This document shows, piece after piece, positions 1 to 10,287 of a stretch of DNA of 64,000 bases (its first letter is position 1; each line of letters opens with the position of its first letter). The stretch is from an uncultured delta proteobacterium (GTDB lineage: Bacteria > Desulfobacterota > Binatia > UBA9968). A model generated the notes under the pieces. That model was not told where the DNA came from. It saw only the letters and a list, made by a program, of their open reading frames with translations, and searched no databases. The stretch spans positions 64,001-128,000 of the forward strand of contig CAVXEP010000015.1 in the NCBI GenBank assembly GCA_963760795.1. The letters are read 5' to 3'. The position numbers and the translations under genes were made by a program.

Positions 1-1091
<1,091 letters not shown>

Positions 1092-1297
1092 CTTAGCCCT
1101 CCTTGTTGGATCGACGCATACTCATCTCGGGATCAATTTGGCCAAAAAGCCGGGCCGCAAACGGGTCTCACGGACGGCAACCTCTCGGCACGCTCTTCGG
1201 TACCCTGACCCTCGGAAAAAAACGCCGCTAGGCTACAAAAGTCGCTGGCCGCTTGTCAAATCTTTTGGCTCTTCCAGGTTTACTGTGAAGACGGGTT

Positions 1298-1420
1298 AAC
1301 CACGAAGACGCCAAGGACACGAAGGTTTTCGTAGGGCGGGCTTCGCGGACCGGTCGGTCTCGGATTGTCTCGCGCTAGGCATGTCCTGAGCGAGGTCGAA
1401 GAGGCGCTATTGCCACAAAG
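1298..1420. repeat. Composite intergenic repeat: nonamer array, GTAG-type REP half and a nested 24-nt CCTGAG-N4-GTCGAAG element (1378-1401)
   Basis: cacgaagac-gccaaggac-acgaagg; gtagggcgggc; tctcgcgcta[ggcatgtcctgagcgaggtcgaag]aggcgcta. Confidence 0.6.
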
Positions 1421-1490
1421 GGATTGAACTCAAAGGTTACCGTCGTCTTGCCGCAGCCAGCAGTCTAGGCTAGATACTTGCGAGAATCCC

Positions 1491-1783
1491 ATGACCAATC
1501 CACTGGAAAAAAGTTCCGTCCATCTCAATATCTCGGGCCGGGTTCAGGGCGTGTATTACCGCGCCTCAATGTTACAGGAAGCACAGCGGTTGGGCCTCAC
1601 CGGTTGGGTGATGAATCGCCCCGACGGTTCGGTGGAAGCGGTGGCGGAAGGTTGGAAAGCGAAAATAGAAGAACTCATCGCCTGGTGCCGTCAAGGACCG
1701 CAAGGCGCACGGGTGGCTGGTGTCGAAGTATATGGCAAAAGCCGGAGAATAGTTTTTTCGGCTTCGCGATTCGGCGCGTGTAA
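1491..1783 (+). CDS. acyP: Acylphosphatase (frameshift near 1730)
   Basis: [29 protein letters not shown]; the C-terminus [16 protein letters not shown] lies in another frame. Confidence 0.92.
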
Positions 1784-1786
1784 TGC

Positions 1787-2630
1787 TCACTTGGCGAGCT
1801 TGGAACCCTTGAGATCGAGCGCCAGCTTATAGACTTCCTTCTTCGCCAGTCCGTAGCGCTCACCGAGCAACTCCGCGATCTCCTTCACGCCCATGCCGGT
1901 GCCGGCGAGTTGGCGGATCGTCCCGTGCAGTTCCTCGTCGGACACCCGCGCCTCGCCGCTGGTGCCATGAACCATAATCACGATTTCGCCTTTAATGTCG
2001 CGGTCGGCGAGCGCGCGAACAACTTCGCTTAGCTTGCCGCGTCGGAACTCTTCGTGAACCTTGGTCAGCTCGCGGGCCACAGCGATCTCCCGGTCGCCGA
2101 AGATCTTGAGCATTTCGGCGAGCGAGTCCAAGAGCCGGTGCGGCGCCTCGTAAAAAACCAATGTCGCCGACTGCGTCGCGCAGGCTTTGCAATTTGGTTT
2201 TTCGCTCCTGGGTCCTGGCCGGCAGAAAACCTTCGAACAAGAAGCGGTCCGTCGGCAAACCGCTGGCACTGAGCGCCGTGGTCAATGCCGATGCGCCGGG
2301 CAACGGAACGACCTGAATCCCGGCCTGAATCGCATCGACGACAATGCGATAACCCGGATCGGAAATCGCCGGCGTGCCGGCGTCGGACACTAGCGCGATG
2401 CTGGCGCCGCTCTTCAGGCGCTCCACCAGAGTCCGTGCTTTGCCGCGTTCGTTATGGTCGTGATAGCTGGTCAGCGCCGTATTGATGCCAAAGTGCGCGA
2501 GCAAGTGCTGCGTGTGCCGGGTGTCCTCTGCGGCGATCAATTCGACTTCTTTGAGAACCCGCAGCGCGCGCAAAGTGATGTCTTCGAGATTGCCGATGGG
2601 AGTTGGAACGATGTAGAGGGTCCCGGCCAT
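1787..2630 (-). CDS. rsmI: 16S rRNA (cytidine(1402)-2'-O)-methyltransferase (frameshift near 2178)
   Basis: [40 protein letters not shown]; the second frame gives FYEAPHRL and RELTKVHEE. Confidence 0.95.
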
Positions 2631-2650
2631 TCAATCCACCCCAAGCGGGC

Positions 2651-2713
2651 CGAGGATGGATAGTGGAGGATAGAAAATGGCGCGCTGCTCTATCCTCGAC
2701 CCTCCATCCTCGA
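2651..2713. repeat. Short-period inverted (foldback) array, GAGGATRG type
   Basis: cgaggatgg..gaggatag on the left and ctatcctcg..ccatcctcg on the right, between nadE and rsmI. Confidence 0.6.
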
Positions 2714-2716
2714 CCA

Positions 2717-3539
2717 TCATTTCCCCCAGTCTCTAGAATAGCGGAAGTCGCGGTCGATGGTGCGCTGCGACACCTTGGCGATCACCGGCAGGCGCCGTTT
2801 GAATTGGGAATTCATGATCCGCGCGGCGATGTCGTCGATGAAGCGTTCGGGAAATCCCGCTGGCGACCAGCTCAGCTTTGGTGTAGCGCTGGTCGACCAT
2901 CAAGTAGAGCAGCTTGTCTACTTCGCGGTAGGTAAAACCCAACTCACCCTCGTCGGTCTGGCCGCTCCACAGATCCGCCGACGGCTCTTTCTGGACGATG
3001 ACTTGGGGCACGCCGATCGCCTCGGAGAGCGCCCACACTTGGGTCTTGTAGAGATCGCCCAGCGGATTGATCGCCGACGCCGTGTCGCCGTGCAGCGTAC
3101 CATAGCCCAACAAAAGTTCGGTCTTGTTGCTGGTGCCGAGAACTAAAGCGCTCCAGCGCATCGATTGGTCATAAAGAATCGTCATGCGCTCGCGCGCCAT
3201 CTTGTTGCCACGCCGGCGCGCGTCGGCATCGGGGAAGCCAGCAAAATAACCGTCGATCTGCGCCGTGATCTCGACCAACATCGACTCGATACCGCTTTTT
3301 TGCACGACCATTTCGGCATGGGCCCGGCTATCCGAATTGGAGCTCTTGTAAGGCATCAAGACGCCCAATACGTTTTGCCGCCCTAGAGCCTCAGCAGCCA
3401 ACATCGCGCTCAGCGCCGAATCCACCCCGCCGGAAAGACCGACCACCACGCGCGCCAGCCCGGTCTTGCGCACTTCATTGCGAATAAAAGCGACGAGAAT
3501 CTGGCGCAGCAAAGCAGCGTTGGTCGGTATTTGCGTCAT
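2717..3539 (-). CDS. nadE: NAD+ synthetase, synthetase subunit (frameshift near 2856)
   Basis: [43 protein letters not shown]; true C-terminus SQFKRRLP...[11 protein letters not shown] is in the shifted frame. Confidence 0.95.
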
Positions 3540-3547
3540 GCGGCAGG

Positions 3548-4462
3548 TTATTTCTTCTTGGCGCTTCTCCGGCCTTGAACTTTTGAACCCTTGAACCCTT
3601 GAACGATTTTAGCCCCCGGCCGCTCGCGGATGCGCATCAGCTCGTTGATCGTCAGATCCAAATCTTCGTCGCGCAACAGCGGCGACATGGTGCGTTTGCG
3701 CCGCACCGCTTCGAAGCTAGCGTCGACGGCGATGAAGTCCTCGTCATAGTAGCGCGCTTTAGCGAGCCGCTCGCCGAAGGGATCGACGATCTCGGAGCCG
3801 CCCCAGAAGCCGACGCCGTCTTCAAAACCGCAGCGGTTGCCGTAGATCATGAACAGGCTGAAGGTTTCGGCATAGACGCGATTGAGCATTTCCCAGTAGC
3901 GCGCGTTGTCGTCCTGGCTCTGCTGGTCGACGATGCCGCGGAGTGGGCTCGCCGACGGACAGAGCACCGCCAGGGCGCCGTCCAAGGCGGCTAAGTAAAT
4001 CGTCGACGGGTGCCAGAGATCTTCACAAATCAACAGCGCCATACGGCCGAACTTGGAGTCGAAGGCGCGTACCCGGTCGCCGCGGGCGAAGTAGCGCTGC
4101 TCATCGAACATGCCATAGGTCGGCAGATAGACTTTGCGGTGCACATGGCGAATCTCGCCATCTTCGAAATAGACTGCCGAGTTGAAAAACCTATGATCGG
4201 CGCTCTCTTCCACCAGGCCGGCGACGAAGGACAGCTTGCGGCTGAGTGCCATGAGCTGCTTGATTTCCGGCGCGTTGAGCGTCAGCGCCACCGTCGGCAC
4301 GGTATCGCGCAGCATGTAACCGGTGAGACTCAATTCGGGGAATAACAACAATTGGGTTTTGTCAGCGGCGGCGTGGCCGATGCGTTCTTCATACACGGCC
4401 AGGTTGGCCTGGAGGTCGCCAAGTCTTGGGTTGACCTGACCGATAGCGATGCGGATAGACAC
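3548..4462 (-). CDS. Carbon-nitrogen hydrolase (nitrilase family), probable glutaminase subunit of NAD synthetase
   Basis: E-K-C triad FPEL / HRKVYLP / ICEDLW; [10 protein letters not shown]; 8 nt upstream of nadE. Confidence 0.9.
   Translation of the reverse strand: MSIRIAIGQVNPRLGDLQANLAVYEERIGHAAADKTQLLLFPELSLTGYMLRDTVPTVALTLNAPEIKQLMALSRKLSFVAGLVEESADHRFFNSAVYFEDGEIRHVHRKVYLPTYGMFDEQRYFARGDRVRAFDSKFGRMALLICEDLWHPSTIYLAALDGALAVLCPSASPLRGIVDQQSQDDNARYWEMLNRVYAETFSLFMIYGNRCGFEDGVGFWGGSEIVDPFGERLAKARYYDEDFIAVDASFEAVRRKRTMSPLLRDEDLDLTINELMRIRERPGAKIVQGFKGSKVQGRRSAKKK
3573..3604 (-). repeat. 4 x octamer GTTCAANN array inside the nitrilase 3' end
   Basis: ccttgaac ttttgaac ccttgaac ccttgaac, encoding [11 protein letters not shown]. 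Confidence 0.8.
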
Positions 4463-4530
4463 GGGAAAATCTCCGTCTGCGAGCCAGCTAGAAATAAATT
4501 CTCACGAAACTAACATAGGCCTAACCACAC

Positions 4531-4559
4531 TTGCAATTTCCCCCAGTCGCGCTTACCTT
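4531..4559 (+). promoter_or_regulatory. Possible sigma70 promoter for the selenoprotein gene
   Basis: TTGCAA-N17-TACCTT about 50 nt upstream of ATG 4608. Confidence 0.3.
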
Positions 4560-4607
4560 GATTGTATCGACGAAACCAAGCGTAACCGGCCATCCAGCCG
4601 CAAAACC

Positions 4608-4832
4608 ATGGCAGAAAACGTTACTATTTACGGCCAAGATCTGTGAGCTTTTACTTCGGGAGCCCGTGCGGACTTCACCCGGCGCAAAGTGCCATTCGAG
4701 TATGTCAACGTCTTGGAAGACGGCGCCGGCCTTGAGCGCATGAGACAGCTCACCAATGGCCGGCGCAAGATTCCGGTGATCGTCCAAGACGGTAAGGTCA
4801 GCGTCGGCTTCGGCGGCACCTGAGAAGTCTGA
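4608..4832 (+). CDS. UXX-star family glutaredoxin-like selenoprotein, 74 aa, with Sec at codons 13 and 72
   Basis: MAENVTIYGQDLUAFTSGARADFTRRKVPFEYVNVLEDGAGLERMRQLTNGRRKIPVIVQDGKVSVGFGGTUEV*; TGA at 4644-46 sits at the Trx-fold UxxT site and TGA at 4821-23 gives U-E-V-stop; cis-Pro motif KIPVI. Confidence 0.9.
4659..4676 (+). promoter_or_regulatory. Putative bacterial SECIS for Sec13
   Basis: GGAG-C-CC[GTGC]GG-A-CTTC hairpin starting 12 nt after the TGA, with G first in the loop. Confidence 0.6.
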
Positions 4833-4834
4833 AC

Positions 4835-4851
4835 TGCCGGCGGTGTCGGCA
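4835..4851 (+). promoter_or_regulatory. Putative bacterial SECIS for Sec72
   Basis: TGCCGGC[GGT]GTCGGCA hairpin starting 11 nt after the TGA, with a G-rich loop. Confidence 0.7.
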
Positions 4852-4906
4852 CCAATACGAGAGCGCCCAGGCGAAAATTACCCTTAGCCAAACTCCAAAT
4901 CCACCC

Positions 4907-5983
4907 TTGGTTGCATCCATCGATCAACTAATTGCCGAGAAAGTCGGCTTGCTTTTCGGCCGCAACACCGCCGTAACCGGCGTCACCGCCTTACCCGGCG
5001 ACGCCTCGACGCGGCGCTATTATCGCGTCCACCTAAACGGATCCGGCACGCCGCCGTCGCTGATGTCGATGCAATTGCCCGCCGGCAGCGGACTGCCGAT
5101 CTCCAGCGAAGAGCTGGCGGTCTTCCCAGACGCTCCCAAGGAACTGCCGTTTTTAAACGTACACCGTTTCCTCGATCGCGTCGGCGTCAGAGTGCCAATT
5201 ATCTACGGCCATTGGGAAGCCGAGGGCCTGCTGCTACTCGAAGATCTGGGCAATGTCGCTTTGTGGGACCGGGTGCAAGGTTTATCCGAAGCCGAAGTCG
5301 TCGCGTGGTACAAAAAGGCCATCGACGAGCTTCTACGATTACAAATTGCCGGCACCGAACACCGTGACGACTCCTGCATCGCTTTTCAGCAACGTTTCGA
5401 CGAGAAACTCTACGTCTGGGAATTCGAGCATTTTATCGAATGGGGTTTGAAAAAACGGCCTGGCGCAAAGATCTCAACCACTACGCTCGCGACGCTGCGC
5501 GAAACCTTTGCCGCCATCGCGCAGACGCTCGACCGCCAACCGCCCTGTCTCAATCACCGTGATTACCATAGCTGGAATCTGATGATCCACAACGAGGCGG
5601 TATGCGTCATCGACTTTCAAGACGCCCTGCTCGCGCCGGCGCAATACGATCTCGCCTCGCTGTTAAACGATCGCATCACTGACGCCGTCATCCAACCGCA
5701 TATTGAACCGCAGCTGGTCGAGTATTATCGCGAAAGAGCCATTGAGCTATCGGGTCGCGCCATCTCGCGCCAGGAATTTTTGGATATCTACCGGCTGTCG
5801 GCGATCCAACGCGACTTAAAAGTCGTCGGCCGCTTCTACTATCTCGATCTGGTCAAAGGCAAACCGGGCTATATGAAATTCGTCCCGCCCACCGTGCGCC
5901 GGCTCCAGCGCAATCTCGCCCATGTGGCGCAGACTGAGATAATCCTGCCGCTGTTGCGCGAACATTTTGAGGCGATGCTGTGA
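4907..5983 (+). CDS. amgK: Anomeric MurNAc/GlcNAc kinase-like protein (APH family)
   Basis: GDASTRRYYR, LLLEDLG, HRDYHSWNLM, IDFQDA, YDLASLL, QRDLKVVGRF; coupled to an NTP transferase. Confidence 0.8.
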   Translation: MVASIDQLIAEKVGLLFGRNTAVTGVTALPGDASTRRYYRVHLNGSGTPPSLMSMQLPAGSGLPISSEELAVFPDAPKELPFLNVHRFLDRVGVRVPIIYGHWEAEGLLLLEDLGNVALWDRVQGLSEAEVVAWYKKAIDELLRLQIAGTEHRDDSCIAFQQRFDEKLYVWEFEHFIEWGLKKRPGAKISTTTLATLRETFAAIAQTLDRQPPCLNHRDYHSWNLMIHNEAVCVIDFQDALLAPAQYDLASLLNDRITDAVIQPHIEPQLVEYYRERAIELSGRAISRQEFLDIYRLSAIQRDLKVVGRFYYLDLVKGKPGYMKFVPPTVRRLQRNLAHVAQTEIILPLLREHFEAML

Positions 5984-6720
5984 AAGCGATGGTGCTGGCC
6001 GCCGGCCAAGGCACACGCCTGCGACCGATCACTGACGGCATGCCCAAAGCGCTGGTGCCGGTGGCCGGCCGGCCGATGATCGAGTTTGTCGTGCTGCTGC
6101 TGCGCCGTTACGGTGTCCGCGATATCGTCATTAATCTGCATCATTTCGGTGCGCAGATCGAAAAACAGCTGGGCGATGGCCAACGCTTCGACGTAAACAT
6201 CTGCTATTCAAACGAGCCCGAGCTCTTAGACACCGGCGGCGGACTGTTGAAAACCAAGGCGTTTTTACAGGATGGCACGTTCATCGTCATCAACACCGAC
6301 GCCCTGATCGACGTTGACCTAGCAGCGGTGCTGAACGACCATCGAAAGAATAATGCGGCAGCCACGCTGGTGCTGCGCCCCGATGCCGACGCCGACCGCT
6401 ATGGCTCCATCGATATCGGCGCCGACGGCCGCATCTGCCGCTTTCTCCAGCACCGATCTCCGGAACCGCCGGTTGGCGCAGTGAGAAAATTGATGTTCAC
6501 CGGCGTGCAAATTCTCGAACCGCGGATCTTCGACTACATGGATGGCGGCTTAAAAAAATTCAGCACCACCAGGGAGACCTATCCGCGCATGTTGGGCGCC
6601 GGGGAGATGCTCTACGGCTATTGTTTCGACGGCTTCTGGCAAGATCTCGGCACCCAAGAACGGATCGCGGAAGCCGAACGGCAGCTCCGCGGCGGTCAGG
6701 CACGGCTGCATTATCTGTGA
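5980..6720 (+). CDS. murU: Nucleotidyltransferase, MurNAc-1-P uridylyltransferase-like
   Basis: MKAMVLAAGQGTRLRPIT..PKAL, LDTGGGL, WQDLGT; GTGA overlap with amgK. Confidence 0.8.
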   Translation: MKAMVLAAGQGTRLRPITDGMPKALVPVAGRPMIEFVVLLLRRYGVRDIVINLHHFGAQIEKQLGDGQRFDVNICYSNEPELLDTGGGLLKTKAFLQDGTFIVINTDALIDVDLAAVLNDHRKNNAAATLVLRPDADADRYGSIDIGADGRICRFLQHRSPEPPVGAVRKLMFTGVQILEPRIFDYMDGGLKKFSTTRETYPRMLGAGEMLYGYCFDGFWQDLGTQERIAEAERQLRGGQARLHYL

Positions 6721-6901
6721 ATTGTAGAACGAAAATCGCGGAACCTGGACATTGCCACGTTGCGCGCTAACCGATTTGGCAGATTTAGCGCAAGGCAGCC
6801 CAACATGTTCGCTGCTTTGCCGGTAAATCTTGCCAATCTTTCTGGCTGAAAACTTGCTACAATTTTCAGACAGTCAACACTTGAACCGTAACCCACTAGC
6901 G

Positions 6902-7804
6902 ATGCTCGACCGAATCATCATCGACCTGCTGCAAAACCAAAACCCGGATGGCGGTTGGGGCGCGCTACGCGGCAAGCGCAGCAACACCGAGGCAACCTCC
7001 TTAGCCGTCGCCGCGCTGAAAGCGCTAGCGGACAACGAACTGGCGGAAAACCGCAAACGCGGCGTCGCTTGGTTGGTGCGACAACAAAACCAAGACCATA
7101 GCTGGCCGCTCAATGAGACAGTCAAAGAAGGCTCTTGGACAACCGCTTTGGCGATCACGGCGCTCGGCGATATCGCGGAGAACAGCGAACGTGTGCTCGC
7201 CGCGGCGCGTTGGCTACTGCAACAAGCGGGAAGCAAGCCGGGCATTCTCGCTGAGATCATCCTGTGGGCCACCGGCAAATCGGGCGCCAACAAACTCAAC
7301 AAAGATCTCATCGGCTGGTCCTGGGTACCGAGCTCATTTAGCTGGGTGGAGCCGACCAGCTATGCGCTGATTGCGCTGAAAAAACAGCGTGGCCGTCTCG
7401 CCGGCACCAACGTTGACGAGCGCATTCGCCAAGCCGATGCGATGATCTACGATCGCATGTGCACCGGCGGCGGTTGGAATTATGGCAACTCCAAGGTTCT
7501 AGACTATGCGCTTTGGCCCTACCCGGATATCACCGCGCTGGCATTGATCGCCATGCAAGATCATGCGAACGAGAAAGCCAATCAAGAAAGTCTGCAAGTC
7601 CTAAGCAAGATCGCCCTTGAAACCGATTCCGGGTTTGGCCTCTGTTGGGCGGCTATCTGTCTAAACCTTTACGGCCGAGATCATTCGCAGTTTCACAAAC
7701 GGATCGAAAAACGTTTCGCCGCCACGGCATTCTTGGGTGAGACTAAGACTCTCGCTCTGGCTTTGATCGCGCTGCGGGCCAAGTCCAATCCTTTTCAGAT
7801 TTAG
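6902..7804 (+). CDS. Prenyltransferase/squalene-oxidase repeat (alpha/alpha barrel) protein
   Basis: QNPDGGWG, QNQDHSW and GGGWNYGN repeats; WSW..SWVEPTSYAL. Confidence 0.8.
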   Translation: MLDRIIIDLLQNQNPDGGWGALRGKRSNTEATSLAVAALKALADNELAENRKRGVAWLVRQQNQDHSWPLNETVKEGSWTTALAITALGDIAENSERVLAAARWLLQQAGSKPGILAEIILWATGKSGANKLNKDLIGWSWVPSSFSWVEPTSYALIALKKQRGRLAGTNVDERIRQADAMIYDRMCTGGGWNYGNSKVLDYALWPYPDITALALIAMQDHANEKANQESLQVLSKIALETDSGFGLCWAAICLNLYGRDHSQFHKRIEKRFAATAFLGETKTLALALIALRAKSNPFQI

Positions 7805-7813
7805 GGTCAAACG

Positions 7814-8806
7814 ATGCGTCGCCGAGAATTTCTTAAATACACCGCCCTGGGCTCGCTCAGCACGACACTCGCCAGTTGCCAATCGACTGGGCGCTGGCAG
7901 CCTGTGGCGTTTCGCAAGAAATCCTCCTCGCGCGTCGCCATCTTGGCGGCCAAGTCCTACGACCAACCGCTCAAGGACGTGATACTGAGAGGTATCAAAC
8001 TTTGCGGTTTGCAGGTCACAGGAAAAAAAATCGTCCTCAAACCGAACCTGGTCGAATTCGATCCCAAAGGCGTCATCAACACCAATCCGGCGGTCATCGA
8101 GGCGACCATCGATGCCTTTCGCACTCTCGGCGCCGCCGAAGTGATCGTCGCCGAAGGGCCGGGCCATCGGCGCGACAACGAATATTTGCTCTCGGCCTCG
8201 GGACTTTACGACGTTATACGCGAGCATAAGGTCCGCTACGTCGATCTCAACTCCGACGACGTCCGCGCCACACCGGTGCGCAGCAGCTATACCAGCTTCA
8301 AACAACTGTACCTGCCGGAGACACTGTTCAACGCCGACCTGCTGGTCTCCATGCCCAAGTTGAAGACCCATCATTGGGCCGGCGTGACACTGTCGATGAA
8401 AAACCTGTTCGGCATCATTCCCGGGACGGTTTACGGCTGGCCAAAAAATATTCTCCACTGGCAAGGCATCGATAACAGCATCTTGGATATCAACAGCTCG
8501 CTGCCGTTGCCGCAGTTCGCCATCGTCGACGGCATCGTCGGCATGGAAGGCAACGGTCCGCTGCAAGGCCAAGCGAAGAACGCTGGCGTGCTGATCTTCG
8601 GCGACGATTTCGTGTCGGTGGACGCCAGCGCGGCGCGCCTGATGAAACTCGAACCGCGCAAAGTCATTCACCTCGCCAAGGCCGATGAATTTCTCGGCAA
8701 CTTAGCCTACGAAAAAATCGAACAAATCGGCGAGAAGTTGGAAAGTCTTCAGCAGGACTTCGACATCATCGAAGACTTACAAGATTTGAAAAAATTCAAG
8801 GGTTAA
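7814..8806 (+). CDS. DUF362-domain protein, predicted Tat lipoprotein
   Basis: MRRREFLK twin-arginine signal plus LASC lipobox; LKPNLV, PKLKTHHWAGVTLSMKNLFG, DGIVGMEGNGP. Confidence 0.88.
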   Translation: MRRREFLKYTALGSLSTTLASCQSTGRWQPVAFRKKSSSRVAILAAKSYDQPLKDVILRGIKLCGLQVTGKKIVLKPNLVEFDPKGVINTNPAVIEATIDAFRTLGAAEVIVAEGPGHRRDNEYLLSASGLYDVIREHKVRYVDLNSDDVRATPVRSSYTSFKQLYLPETLFNADLLVSMPKLKTHHWAGVTLSMKNLFGIIPGTVYGWPKNILHWQGIDNSILDINSSLPLPQFAIVDGIVGMEGNGPLQGQAKNAGVLIFGDDFVSVDASAARLMKLEPRKVIHLAKADEFLGNLAYEKIEQIGEKLESLQQDFDIIEDLQDLKKFKG

Positions 8807-8850
8807 AGCCGTCTTGGCAAAGCGCAATTAAGCCGCGCGGCAGCGCAACA

Positions 8851-9411
8851 TTAGTTGCGCGCAGCAATCACACCGCAGGCAGCGCGGTCGCCGGCGTTTC
8901 CCGTCGGATCGGTGGTGTCATCGTCAACGCCGGCATGTACGACCAAGGCACTGCCATCGGCGTCAAAGACTGAGTTTGGCCCGGCCCCAAGGGTGACAGC
9001 GTCGGTCAGAGCTTCAAAACGGCCGGCGCCATCCTTCGCAACCAGCATGTTCGGCAAATCGCCGGCGTGGGCGCCATCCGGGTTCCGGTAGCCATGTTTC
9101 TTCTGCGTTGGGTTAAAATGTCCGCCCGCGCTGGTAAACGCCGGCCCGTCACATTTGCCAACCGCATGGATATGCACCGCATGGAGACCGGCGCTGAGCC
9201 TTTTGACCTCCGCTCTAACCCGCACACCGTCGCCGACCTCGATAAACGATGCCATGCCGATCGTCTTGCCATCTTTGTCCTTGAGTTCGGCGGTCGCTCG
9301 TTCGCCTGGGCCGACTAGTGCGCAACCCGCTCCGGCAACGAACGACAAGGCGCAAAAAGTTACGATAGCTATCCAGCCATGAAGGTCTTTGAAGCAGCGG
9401 CAATATTGCAT
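8851..9411 (-). CDS. sodC: Cu/Zn superoxide dismutase (probable lipoprotein; start uncertain)
   Basis: HAVHIH, SAGGHFNP, HAGDLPN, VHAGVDD, GNAGDRAACGVI. Confidence 0.93.
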   Translation of the reverse strand: MQYCRCFKDLHGWIAIVTFCALSFVAGAGCALVGPGERATAELKDKDGKTIGMASFIEVGDGVRVRAEVKRLSAGLHAVHIHAVGKCDGPAFTSAGGHFNPTQKKHGYRNPDGAHAGDLPNMLVAKDGAGRFEALTDAVTLGAGPNSVFDADGSALVVHAGVDDDTTDPTGNAGDRAACGVIAARN

Positions 9412-9539
9412 AGGGAATTCGATACCATCGATCGAATTGGCTAGCAACCAATTCATGACAAATTGGTGCAAAGGTGGCGTCTATTTACCCGCTGATTGCG
9501 ACGCATCCGGGCCTATGCTAGCGTTCGACGTTATTCGTC

Positions 9540-10259
9540 ATGTCCGCTCTAGCGATATATTTGCCGACGGTGGTTTTCGTCTCCTTGCTCGGCGGCTTCT
9601 TGCCATTGATGCGGGCGTTGTCCCAGCGGGCCCTCGCCCTACTGCTCAGTTTTAGCGCCGGTGTCCTGCTCGGCGCGGTGTTTTTTCACATGTTGCCGGA
9701 GACCGGTAAAGTCCTTGGCGAAAACGTCGGCCTACCGGTGCTGGCTGGCTTCCTGCTGATCTTCGTCATGGAACGGTTTGTCTTCATCCATGCCTGCGAA
9801 GAACATGACTGCGACATCCATCAAATGGGTCTTCCAGCGTTTCTCGGTATTTCGCTGCACAGTCTACTCGACGGCATCGCCCTCGGTGCCGGTCTGATTC
9901 TGCCACAGATTGGCCCGATGGTGTTACTCGCCGTGATCATTCACAAGATGCCCGACAGCATGTCGATCTCGTCGATCCTGCTCTCCGCCGGCTGGGAACG
10001 CCATAAAGTCGGCAAGCTCAATTTGCTGTTTTCCCTCACCACCCCCATCGGCGCGCTGCTGGCCTTTTTCAGCTTCCGTGTGCTCTCTCCGGAGAATGTC
10101 GCCGTCGCCATCGGCTTATCCGCCGGCACTTTCCTGGCCATCGCCACCGCCGACATCTTGCCCCATGTGCACCGCATCGAGCAGCGCAATCCGATGACTC
10201 TTGCTTTTCTGGCCATTGGCCTAGCGGTCAGTTGGATGGGCACGCTGTTGGTCCACTGA
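9540..10259 (+). CDS. ZIP family metal transporter
   Basis: FSAGVLLG, HSLLDG, HKMPD; His/Cys loop HACEEHDCDIH. Confidence 0.9.
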   Translation: MSALAIYLPTVVFVSLLGGFLPLMRALSQRALALLLSFSAGVLLGAVFFHMLPETGKVLGENVGLPVLAGFLLIFVMERFVFIHACEEHDCDIHQMGLPAFLGISLHSLLDGIALGAGLILPQIGPMVLLAVIIHKMPDSMSISSILLSAGWERHKVGKLNLLFSLTTPIGALLAFFSFRVLSPENVAVAIGLSAGTFLAIATADILPHVHRIEQRNPMTLAFLAIGLAVSWMGTLLVH

Positions 10260-10287
10260 GCCGGTTGCGGCGAGTCTCACTCGACCT

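Noticed and set aside
4907-5983. Aminoglycoside resistance phosphotransferase
   Set aside because: The GDAS.R.Y.R motif and coupling to an NTP transferase indicate an AmgK-type sugar kinase.
6902-7804. Squalene-hopene cyclase
   Set aside because: It is about 300 aa (a single barrel) and has no DXDD motif.
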